From: Burkholderiales bacterium
Lineage (GTDB): Bacteria > Pseudomonadota > Gammaproteobacteria > Burkholderiales > SG8-39
Assembly: GCA_036390555.1 (NCBI GenBank)
Contig: DASWBP010000031.1
Location: 1-44,607 of the forward strand
DNA: 44,607 nt
Reading direction: 5' to 3'
Of this stretch, positions 1 through 6,664 are shown in pieces (within the stretch, counting starts at the first letter, position 1; each line of letters opens with the position of its first letter). The notes beneath the pieces are model-generated. The model had not been told where the DNA came from and did not search any database. It saw only the letters and a list, made by a program, of their open reading frames with translations. A program made the position numbers and the translations under genes.

Positions 1-340
1 CGAAGCTCGTGATCAGGTCGCCGAGGATGTGCGCGGCGAGGCCGAGCGCCGCCACGCCGTAAAGCGCGCGCCATCCGCGCGGTTCACGCAGGATCTTCGC
101 CAGCGCCCAGGAAAACACGAGCGCCCAGAACGGCAGAAGGATGAAGGAATGCGTGGGACCGCGGTGCTGCTCGAGGTAGAGCACCGGCGACACGAACGCG
201 AGCACGAAATCGAGGTCGGGCGCGGCGGCGGCGAAGAAGCCGGCAGCCACGCGCCGCGGGATGCTGCGCGGAGGCGCGTCCTTCGGCGCCGTCGCGCGCG
301 CGAGCAGCGCGCCAGACAACGCATGCGTCAGCGTGTCCAT
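1..340 (-). CDS. Membrane-bound metal-dependent hydrolase, YdjM/DUF457 family (5' part only; gene runs off the left edge)
   Basis: Absent from the ORF track because it leaves the window. Hand translation of the reverse strand from ATG 340..338 gives MDTLTHALSGALLARATAPKDAPPRSIPRRVAAGFFAAAAPDLDFVLAFVSPVLYLEQHRGPTHSFILLPFWA... This has the MDxLTH N-terminus and HRGxTHS motif I associate with DUF457. Third codon positions are G/C-rich. Confidence 0.7.
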   Translation of the reverse strand, partial: MDTLTHALSGALLARATAPKDAPPRSIPRRVAAGFFAAAAPDLDFVLAFVSPVLYLEQHRGPTHSFILLPFWALVFSWALAKILREPRGWRALYGVAALGLAAHILGDLITSF

Positions 341-341
341 A

Positions 342-392
342 TGGGGTCAGACCCCAAATTAGGCTCGCAAGCGAAAATGGGGTCTGACCCCG
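342..392. repeat. REP-like intercistronic palindromic element, copy 1 (two GGGGTCNGACCCC palindromes around a GGCTCGCAAG core)
   Basis: GGGGTCAGACCCC at 343..355 and GGGGTCTGACCCC at 379..391. Each is self-complementary and they also pair with each other (14 bp, 2 mismatches, 2 bp). A second copy lies at 17712..17764. This copy fills the whole gap between the aminotransferase stop (396..398) and the DUF457 start (340). Confidence 0.85.
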
Positions 393-395
393 ATT

Positions 396-1895
396 CTACG
401 CAGCCCTCTTTTTGCGCTGCGCGTCCTTGGCGTGCATCTGGGCGTAGGCGCCGTGCGCGGCGGACTCGGCATCGCCGACGTGCACCGGGTAGCCCATGTC
501 GTCGAGCACCGAGCCGAGCGCCGAGAGGCACAGCATCACGTTGTCCGGCCGGCAGGAGTAGCCCATCAGGCCGAAGCGCCAGATCTTGCCCTTCAGGGGC
601 CCGAGGCCCGCGCCGATCTCCAGTCCGAACTCCGAAAGCAGGCGCGAGCGCACCTGCGCCTCGTCCACGCCCTCGGGGCAGAGCACCGCGTTCATCTGCG
701 GCAGCTGGTACTCCACCTTGACGAGGAACTTGAGGCCCATCGCCTCGAGGCCCGCCTTGAGCGCCAGGTGGTGACGCTGGTGGCGCGCCCAGCAGTTCTC
801 CAGGCCTTCCTCGCGGATCAGCAGCAGCGCCTCGTGCAGGGCGAAGAGCGAGTTGGTGGGCGCGGTGTGATGGTAGGTGCGCGTGCCCGCGTTCCAGTAG
901 CCGAGCAGCAGGTTCATGTCCATGAACCAGCTGTGGATCTTGTCCTTGCGGCGCTTGACGTGCTCCACCACGCGCTCGGAGAAGGACACCGGCGAAAGCC
1001 CGGGCGTGCAGGACAGGCACTTCTGGCTCGCCGAGTAGATGGCGTCGATGTCCCACTCGTCCACCTTGACCGGCGTGCCGGCGAGCGAGGTCACGGCGTC
1101 GACGATGACGAGCGCGCCGTGCTTGTGCGCGATGCGCGTGAGCTCCTTCGCGTCGGACTGCGCGCCGGTGGAGGTCTCGGCGTGCACGAAGGCGACCACC
1201 CTCGCGCCCTTGTTCTTCTTCAGGGCGTCTTCCACCTTCTGCGGGTCGACGGGCTCGCCCCACTTGTCGTCCACCACGACCGGCGTGCCGCCGCAGCGGA
1301 TCACGTTCTCGAGCATGCGGCCGCCGAAAACGCCGTTCTGGCACACGATGACCTTGTCGCCGGGCGCCACCATGTTGACGAAGCAGAACTCCATGCCGAC
1401 CGACCCGGGACCGCTGAGCGGGAAGGTGAGCGGGTTCTTCGTCTGGTAGACATAGCGCAACAGCGATTTGAGCTCCTCCATCATCTCGACGAACACCGGG
1501 TCGAGGTAGCCGATCGCCGGCTGGCTCATGGTGGTGAGCACGCGCGGGTGGATCTCCGTGGGCCCCGGACCCATCAGCGTTCGCTGCGGCGGGTGGAAGG
1601 AGGTGATGCGCTTGGCGGGGGCGTACTGGGTCATGGCGGGGTTCTCCGGGCGGATGCCGAAGGGCGCGTCCTCGGGGCGCGACTTCACGCGCACCGGGTT
1701 CTTCGCGCTTGCTTCGTGGATGACGTCGGTGGCGCTGATGCGCCCCTGGGTGATGCGCTCGACCTCGCCGGCCCAGCGCGCCGGCACGTAGCCGGTCTTC
1801 ACCCAGTTGTGCACGACCGCGCGGTCCAGCTGGAAGGCGCGAGCCACCTCGGCCTGGCTGCCGAAGAGTTCGACCAGTTGCTCCGCGCAGTTCAT
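396..1895 (-). CDS. Class V aminotransferase (alanine/serine--glyoxylate aminotransferase family) with an in-frame N-terminal Cro/YdaS-like HTH extension
   Basis: 499-aa ORF. Residues 88-499 (MTQYAPAKR...LMGPGPTEIHPRVL...YSASQKCLSCTPG...) look like a complete AGXT-type PLP enzyme with the SxSQK lysine motif. Residues 1-62 (MNCAEQLVELFGSQAEVARAFQLDRAVVHNWVKTGYVPARWAGEVERITQGRI) match the single-HTH Cro/YdaS pattern. No stop codon separates the two parts. An alternative enzyme-only start is ATG 1634, preceded by GGAGAA 8 nt upstream (412 aa). Confidence 0.85.
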   Translation of the reverse strand: MNCAEQLVELFGSQAEVARAFQLDRAVVHNWVKTGYVPARWAGEVERITQGRISATDVIHEASAKNPVRVKSRPEDAPFGIRPENPAMTQYAPAKRITSFHPPQRTLMGPGPTEIHPRVLTTMSQPAIGYLDPVFVEMMEELKSLLRYVYQTKNPLTFPLSGPGSVGMEFCFVNMVAPGDKVIVCQNGVFGGRMLENVIRCGGTPVVVDDKWGEPVDPQKVEDALKKNKGARVVAFVHAETSTGAQSDAKELTRIAHKHGALVIVDAVTSLAGTPVKVDEWDIDAIYSASQKCLSCTPGLSPVSFSERVVEHVKRRKDKIHSWFMDMNLLLGYWNAGTRTYHHTAPTNSLFALHEALLLIREEGLENCWARHQRHHLALKAGLEAMGLKFLVKVEYQLPQMNAVLCPEGVDEAQVRSRLLSEFGLEIGAGLGPLKGKIWRFGLMGYSCRPDNVMLCLSALGSVLDDMGYPVHVGDAESAAHGAYAQMHAKDAQRKKRAA

Positions 1896-1906
1896 GCTGC
1901 GCGGAG
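1881..1906 (-). promoter_or_regulatory. 10-bp perfect hairpin with the HTH-ORF start codon in its 6-nt loop
   Basis: CTCCGCGCAG (1881..1890) / TTCATG loop (1891..1896, contains CAT = ATG 1895..1893) / CTGCGCGGAG (1897..1906). The arms are exact reverse complements. Confidence 0.4.
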
Positions 1907-1933
1907 TCTAAGCTGTCAAATCTACTTTGACAA
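1905..1933 (-). promoter_or_regulatory. Candidate sigma70 promoter overlapping a perfect operator-like palindrome TGTCAAA-N5-TTTGACA
   Basis: On the minus strand: -35 TTGTCA (1933..1928), 17-nt spacer, -10 TAGACT (1910..1905), then 9 nt to ATG 1895. The predicted TSS is only about 2-3 nt before the start codon. The palindrome TGTCAAA (1914..1920) / TCTAC / TTTGACA (1926..1932) covers the -35 and spacer. Confidence 0.4.
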
Positions 1934-2110
1934 GCGTAGTTTCGGCCTGGTGGGCGTGCGGTCCGGGCCCGCCTCCAGGCGCGCGAGGCGCCGCTCGTGC
2001 TCGAGGATGAACGCCTGGTGGTCGCGCAGCGTCGCGTGCATGTCGTTCAGGCGCTCGCGCAGCGTCGCCATGCCGGAGAGCCGGTCGAGGAGATCCTGGA
2101 TCAGGCTCAC
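1922..2110 (-). CDS. Hypothetical 62-aa coiled-coil protein, translationally coupled to the RHH gene
   Basis: GTG 2110..2108 overlaps the TGA 2109..2107 of the upstream gene (GTGA). Product: VSLIQDLLDRLSGMATLRERLNDMHATLRDHQAFILEHERRLARLEAGPDRTPTRPKLRLSK. Almost every third codon position is G/C, as in real genes here. I recognise no family. Confidence 0.5.
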   Translation of the reverse strand: MSLIQDLLDRLSGMATLRERLNDMHATLRDHQAFILEHERRLARLEAGPDRTPTRPKLRLSK

Positions 2111-2391
2111 TTGGCGGCCTCCTTGCGCAGCCTGCGCATCTCGCGCAGGAACGCGGCGTGGCTCTCGAGGATCGCGTCCGCCGTCTTCACCATCGCATCG
2201 ATCTCCTGCTTGGCGCGCCGCGTGGCGGCATCGAGCATCTCCACCTCCTGCAACGTGACGCCGGCGAGATAGGCGTCCACCGCCGAGCGGATCTCGGCGG
2301 CGACCTTGGTCTTCCTCTGCTGGGCGCGCCTGGCGAGACCCTGCTTCTGCTCGGGCGTGAGGTACACCATGGTGCTCTGCATGGCTTTCAT
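2107..2391 (-). CDS. Ribbon-helix-helix (CopG/Arc/MetJ-type) DNA-binding protein with a C-terminal helical extension
   Basis: 94 aa. The N-terminus MVYLTPEQKQGLARRAQQRKTKVAAEIRSAVDAYL has the beta-strand/helix/helix RHH pattern. A strong SD GAGGAGG (2404..2398) lies 6 nt before ATG 2391. GC3 is high. Confidence 0.7.
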   Translation of the reverse strand: MKAMQSTMVYLTPEQKQGLARRAQQRKTKVAAEIRSAVDAYLAGVTLQEVEMLDAATRRAKQEIDAMVKTADAILESHAAFLREMRRLRKEAAK

Positions 2392-2409
2392 CTGCGGCCT
2401 CCTCGCCGC

Positions 2410-2424
2410 ACATATATCATATGT
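2410..2424. promoter_or_regulatory. AT-rich operator-like palindrome ACATAT-ATC-ATATGT in the divergent RHH / TPP-enzyme control region
   Basis: Perfect 6-bp inverted repeat with a 3-bp spacer. It is the only AT-rich patch in the 78-bp divergent intergenic region (2392..2469) and lies 5 nt upstream of the RHH gene SD. Confidence 0.4.
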
Positions 2425-2469
2425 ATGTCATGAGAGCGACCCCTGGCGAGGCGGGTAGCATCTCGTGCC

Positions 2470-4191
2470 ATGCAGCCTTCGCATCCCGTGCAGTCCCAGC
2501 CCGCCACCGCCGCCGAGGCCTACCTGGGCCTGCTGGCCGCCCGCGGCGTCGAGTACCTGTTCGCCAACGGCGGCACCGACTTCGCGCCCGTCGTCGAAGC
2601 CTATGCCAGGGGCAAGACGCTCGGCTGGCACCTGCCCGAGCCGGTGATCGTGCCGCACGAGAACATGGGCGTCGCGATGGCGCACGGCTTCACCATGGTG
2701 AGCGGCCGTGCGCAGGCGATGATGGTGCACGTGGGCATGGGAACGGCGAACGCCGTCAACGGCCTGATCAACGCCGCGCGCATGAACATCCCGATGCTCT
2801 TTACCGCCGGGCGCACGCCGCTCACGGAATCGGGGGCCGTGCCGGGCGCGCGCAACAACTACATCCACTGGGCGCAGGAGCACTTCGACCAGGGCGCGAT
2901 GCTGCGCGAGTTCATGAAATGGGACTACGAGCTGCGGCACGCCGAGCAGGTCGAGACGGCGGTGGATCGCGCGCTCGCCATCGCGCGCAGCGAGCCGCAG
3001 GGGCCCGTCTACCTGACGCTGCCGCGCGAGATCCTCGCCTCGCCGTTTGCGGCCAGCATCTCGGCCGCCGCAACGCAGGTGGCCGCGAGTCCGCCCGGCG
3101 CCGACCCGGAGGCGCTCGAGGAGGCGGCGCGCCTGCTCGCGCGCGCCGAGCGGCCGCTGCTCATTACCGCAAACGCCGGCAGGACGGCAGATTCTGCGAA
3201 AGCGATCGCTCACCTTTGCGAGACGTTCGGCATTCCGGTGGTGCATTACCGGCCGCGCTATTTCGCGCTGTCCACCGAGCACCCGATGCACGCGGGCTGG
3301 GAGCCGCACGCGCTCGTGAGGGAGGCGGACCTCGTGCTCGTCGTCGAGTGCGACGTGCCCTGGATCCCTCAGCAGGGCGGCCCGGGCGCGCAGGCCAAGG
3401 TGATCCACATCGGCCCGGATCCGCTCTACGCGCGCTATCCGCTGCGCGGGTTTCGCACCGATATCGCGCTCGCCGGCCTCACGGCGCCCACCCTCGCGCA
3501 GCTCGCGGCGCGCGCGCTTGCGCACGCCCCCTTGGCGACAAAGCTCAAGTCGCGCTTCGAGGCCGGCGCGCAGCAATTCGCCGCCGCGCGCGCGAAGCAG
3601 CGCGGCGCGCCGCCGGCGATGGGCGCGAAGTACGCCTCGGCCTGCGTGAACCGGTTGCTCGACGCGGACACCATCGTCGTCAACGAGTATCCGCTGGTGC
3701 TCGAGGAGATGGTGGTGCGCGAGAGCTGCCGCTACTACGCGAGCGCGCCCGCCGGCGGCCTGGGCTGGGGGCTCGGCGCCGCGCTCGGCGCGAAGCTCGC
3801 CGCGCCGGAAAAGACCGTCGTCTGCTGCGTGGGCGACGGCGCCTACATGTTCGGCAACCCGACTGCCTCGCACTTCGTTTCCGAGGCGATGAAGCTGCCG
3901 GTGCTGTTCGTGGTGTTCAACAACGCGCGCTGGGCAGCGGTGCACCGCTCCACGCTCGCCATGTATCCCAAGGGCGTCGCCGCCGGCATGCAGGCCCCGC
4001 CGTTCGCCACGCTCGAGCCCTCGCCGCGCTTCGAGAAGGCCATCGAGGCGAGCGGCGGCTACGGCGTGCGCGTGGACAAGGCGCAAGACGTGATGCCCGC
4101 GCTCGAGCGCGCGCTCAGGGTCGTGAAGGAAGAAAAGCGCCAGGCGCTCGTCAACCTGCGCCTCGAGGCGAGCTACGTGAAGACGAGCTGA
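2470..4191 (+). CDS. Thiamine-pyrophosphate-requiring enzyme, acetolactate-synthase-large-subunit-like family (substrate unknown)
   Basis: 573 aa. The N-terminal TPP-pyrimidine domain is (AYLGLLAARGVEYLFANGGTDF...HENMGVAMAHGF). The C-terminal TPP-binding motif is GDGAYMFGNP...NN. Length and domain order fit the ALS/benzoylformate decarboxylase superfamily. Confidence 0.85.
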   Translation: MQPSHPVQSQPATAAEAYLGLLAARGVEYLFANGGTDFAPVVEAYARGKTLGWHLPEPVIVPHENMGVAMAHGFTMVSGRAQAMMVHVGMGTANAVNGLINAARMNIPMLFTAGRTPLTESGAVPGARNNYIHWAQEHFDQGAMLREFMKWDYELRHAEQVETAVDRALAIARSEPQGPVYLTLPREILASPFAASISAAATQVAASPPGADPEALEEAARLLARAERPLLITANAGRTADSAKAIAHLCETFGIPVVHYRPRYFALSTEHPMHAGWEPHALVREADLVLVVECDVPWIPQQGGPGAQAKVIHIGPDPLYARYPLRGFRTDIALAGLTAPTLAQLAARALAHAPLATKLKSRFEAGAQQFAAARAKQRGAPPAMGAKYASACVNRLLDADTIVVNEYPLVLEEMVVRESCRYYASAPAGGLGWGLGAALGAKLAAPEKTVVCCVGDGAYMFGNPTASHFVSEAMKLPVLFVVFNNARWAAVHRSTLAMYPKGVAAGMQAPPFATLEPSPRFEKAIEASGGYGVRVDKAQDVMPALERALRVVKEEKRQALVNLRLEASYVKTS

Positions 4192-4192
4192 C

Positions 4193-5407
4193 GTGACGGC
4201 GCAGACCCGGGGCTACCTCGCCGTCGCGATCGCGGCGGGCACGGTGTTCGCGCTGGGGCTGGGCATCCGCCAGGCGCAGCCGCTGTTCATCGGCCCGATC
4301 AATTCCGCGACCGGCATCGGCTATGCCTCGATCAGCCTCGCCTTTGCCGTGGGGCAGCTCATGTGGGGCATCGCGCAGCCGGTGGCCGGCGCGGTCGCCG
4401 ACCGCTGGGGGCCGCGGCCGGTGATGCTCGCGGGCGCCCTGCTCGTCGCCGCGGCGACAGCCGCCACGCCACTGGCCAGCACCACCGCGGCGCTGGTGCT
4501 GCTGGTCGGCGTGCTCTGCGCCGCGGGCGCGGGGGCGATCGGCCCGGCGCTGCTCATCTCTGCGGCGGCGCGCTGGATCCCGGAGGCGAAGCGCAACTTC
4601 GTCAACGGCATCGTCAACGCGGGCGGCTCCTTCGGCCAGTTCACCGTCATCCCGCTCGCGCAGCTGTTCATCGGGCTCGCGGGCTGGCAGCCGGCGCTCG
4701 TGATCCTCGGCGTGATCGGCCTCGCGACCATCCCGATCCTCCTTTGGATCACGCAGGGGCACGCCGAGCATGCGGCCACGGTGGCCAAGGCGCCGCCGGG
4801 CGCGCTCCAGAAGCAACTCGCGCAGGCCGCGCGCAATCCAAGCTACCTGCTCCTGAATGCGGGATTCTTCACCTGCGGCTTCCACGTCGCTTTCATCGCC
4901 ACCCACCTGCCCGGCGTGGTCGCGAGCTGCGAGCTGCCGCCCGCGGTGAGCGCCTGGTCGCTCGCCGTCATCGGACTGTTCAACATCTTCGGCAGCCTGT
5001 GGATCGGGCGCGTGATCACGCACCGGCGCATGAAGATGGCGCTCTCGGCACTGTACCTGTCGCGCGCGCTCATCATCGTGGCCTTCTTCTTCGCGCCGAA
5101 GACCGCGCTCACCTTCCTCGTCTTCGCCGCGGCGATCGGCTTTACCTACCTGTCGACCGTGCCGCCCACGGTCGGGCTGGTGATCAAGTTCTATGGCCCG
5201 CGCTACGTCGCGACGCTTTTCGGCGTGGTGATGCTCTCGCACCAGGTCGGCGCCTTCCTCGGGGCGTACCTGGGCGGCAAGGCGTTCGAAGCCACCGCGA
5301 GCTACGACTGGATGTGGTGGGCGGACGTGGCACTGTGCCTGATGGCCGCCGCGGTACACCTGCCCATCCGCGAAAGCCTGCCGTCAGCCGCACGCGCGGC
5401 CGTCTGA
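4193..5407 (+). CDS. MFS transporter
   Basis: 404 aa, about 12 hydrophobic segments. GTG start lies 1 nt after the TPP-enzyme stop (4189..4191). Has an MFS-like loop motif GAVADRWGPRP. Confidence 0.85.
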   Translation: MTAQTRGYLAVAIAAGTVFALGLGIRQAQPLFIGPINSATGIGYASISLAFAVGQLMWGIAQPVAGAVADRWGPRPVMLAGALLVAAATAATPLASTTAALVLLVGVLCAAGAGAIGPALLISAAARWIPEAKRNFVNGIVNAGGSFGQFTVIPLAQLFIGLAGWQPALVILGVIGLATIPILLWITQGHAEHAATVAKAPPGALQKQLAQAARNPSYLLLNAGFFTCGFHVAFIATHLPGVVASCELPPAVSAWSLAVIGLFNIFGSLWIGRVITHRRMKMALSALYLSRALIIVAFFFAPKTALTFLVFAAAIGFTYLSTVPPTVGLVIKFYGPRYVATLFGVVMLSHQVGAFLGAYLGGKAFEATASYDWMWWADVALCLMAAAVHLPIRESLPSAARAAV

Positions 5408-5460
5408 GCTAGCATAGGCACGGGCCGGCTCGCGGCCCCAAACCAGGAGGGAGCCCCATC

Positions 5461-6408
5461 ATGCGCAAGACCAGGATCGTCGCATTCGCTTTCGGCGCAG
5501 CGCTCGCGTGCAGCGCGGCGCAGGCGCAGCAGCAGACCTGTTTCCCGTCGAAGTTCGGACCGAAGGACGAGATCGGCAACGCCAACCACATCACGCCGGA
5601 GAAGACGCTGCAGGCGGTGAAGACCGTCACCAAGGGCAAGAGCTACCGGCTCGGCATCGAGACCAACAAGGACACGCCGGCCTTCCCGCCGCGCAGCTTT
5701 TCGCTTGCCATCGTGCAGCCGGGCCAGCAGGCCGGCGGCACGCTCGGGCCCACGAAGACCACCTACAACGACGACATCATCATGGGCTGGGTGGGCATCG
5801 GCTCGCAGCTCGACGGCCTCGGGCACATCGGCATCGACAACGTCTACTACAACTGCAACAAGGCAGCCGAATTCGCGCAGGCCGGCGGGCTGACGAAGCT
5901 CGGCATCGAGAAGTTCCCCGCCTTCGCCACGCGCGGCATCCTGCTCGACATGGCGGGCTACTTCAAGACCGACATCGTCAAGGAAGGCACTCCCTTCAAC
6001 CGGGCGGAGATCGAAGGCGCGATGAAGCGCCAGGGCGTGAAGTCGATCGACAAAGGTGACGTGGTGTTGTTCTACACCGGCTGGACCAAGTTGATCGGCA
6101 AGGACAACAAGCGCTACGGCTCGGTCGAGCCCGGCTTGGGCGTCGGCGGTGCGAAGTACCTCGCCGAGCGCGGCGTGGCCGCCGTCGGTGCGGACACCTG
6201 GGGCCTCGAGGTGATTCCCTTCGAGCCGAACCAGGGCGTGTTCGAGGTCCACCAGATCCTGCTGCCGATGAACGGCATCTACATCCTGGAGAACATGAAT
6301 ACCGAGGAGATGGTAAAGGACCAGGCCTGGGAGTTCCTGTTCACGCTCGGGCCTTCGCGCATCACGGGCGCGGTGCAAGCGATCATCAACCCGATCGCCA
6401 TCAAGTAA
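5461..6408 (+). CDS. Secreted cyclase-family (kynurenine-formamidase fold) protein
   Basis: 315 aa. Sec signal peptide MRKTRIVAFAFGAALACSAAQA. Motifs GSQLDGLGH, GDVVLFYTGW and GADTWGLE are typical of the putative-cyclase family. SD AGGAGGGAG lies upstream of ATG 5461. Confidence 0.8.
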   Translation: MRKTRIVAFAFGAALACSAAQAQQQTCFPSKFGPKDEIGNANHITPEKTLQAVKTVTKGKSYRLGIETNKDTPAFPPRSFSLAIVQPGQQAGGTLGPTKTTYNDDIIMGWVGIGSQLDGLGHIGIDNVYYNCNKAAEFAQAGGLTKLGIEKFPAFATRGILLDMAGYFKTDIVKEGTPFNRAEIEGAMKRQGVKSIDKGDVVLFYTGWTKLIGKDNKRYGSVEPGLGVGGAKYLAERGVAAVGADTWGLEVIPFEPNQGVFEVHQILLPMNGIYILENMNTEEMVKDQAWEFLFTLGPSRITGAVQAIINPIAIK

Positions 6409-6445
6409 GTGATCGCGGCAGCAAGGTAATCGGGGCGGCGACCGT

Positions 6446-6473
6446 ACGCGTTTCCGGCAACGGATCAACGCGT
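6446..6473 (+). terminator. Candidate stem-loop downstream of the cyclase-family gene (GNRA-capped, no clear U-tract)
   Basis: ACGCGTT (6446..6452) pairs with AACGCGT (6467..6473). Inner stem TCCG/CGGA is capped by a GCAA tetraloop (6457..6460). It lies 38 nt after the TAA at 6406..6408. Only TT follows the stem. Confidence 0.3.
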
Positions 6474-6664
6474 TAGGCGGCGGCAGGCGGCTGGACCCGT
6501 CGCCGCCGCCCGCCGGCCGCAGCCCGGGCGCGCCACCGCGCGCAGCGCGCGCGGACGCGCGGACGCTTCCCATCGCGCGAGCCGATTGATAGTCTGCAAC
6601 GCCGCGGCGCGCACGGCGCGTGCCGCGTTTCCCGCACCCACCTGAGAGCCAAGGAGAGAAGGCC

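Noticed and set aside
342-392. Possibility that the GGGGTCNGACCCC repeats (here and at 17712..17764) are a CRISPR array or a MITE with a transposase
   Set aside because: There are only two palindromes per site, separated by a conserved rather than variable core. Cas and transposase genes are absent, and I saw no target-site duplication. A REP-like element fits better.
13-1344. Arg-rich ORFs 13..324(-), 29..721(+) and 328..1344(-) at the left edge
   Set aside because: They overlap the DUF457 and aminotransferase reading frames, which carry family motifs. Their translations are dominated by R/A/P/G runs.
432-2258. 608-aa plus-strand ORF antisense to the aminotransferase and the small regulator genes
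   Set aside because: The product is Arg/Ala/His/Leu-rich and low-complexity with no recognisable motifs, and it lies exactly antisense to a well-supported gene. Long stop-free antisense frames are expected at about 70% GC.
1922-2391. Classical type II toxin-antitoxin pair (RHH antitoxin + toxin)
   Set aside because: The second ORF is only 62 aa, is predicted to be a single long helix, and has none of the RelE/ParE/CcdB/MazF/PIN features. The order and overlap alone are insufficient evidence. It is kept as an unexplained module rather than called TA.
6476-6510. GGCGGCGGC...GCCGCCGCC stem as an intrinsic terminator after the cyclase-family operon
   Set aside because: The arms are low-complexity trinucleotide repeats, the loop is 17 nt and imperfect, and no U-tract follows. 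The GNRA-capped hairpin at 6446..6473 is the better candidate, though still weak.
6586-6625. Promoter for the ydcS-like gene (TTGATA at 6586..6591; sigma54-like GCACG-N4-GTGC at about 6607..6620)
   Set aside because: No acceptable -10 lies 16-18 nt downstream of TTGATA. The sigma54-like segment lacks the invariant GG of the -24 element. The GCACG-GCG-CGTGC palindrome alone is too short to call.
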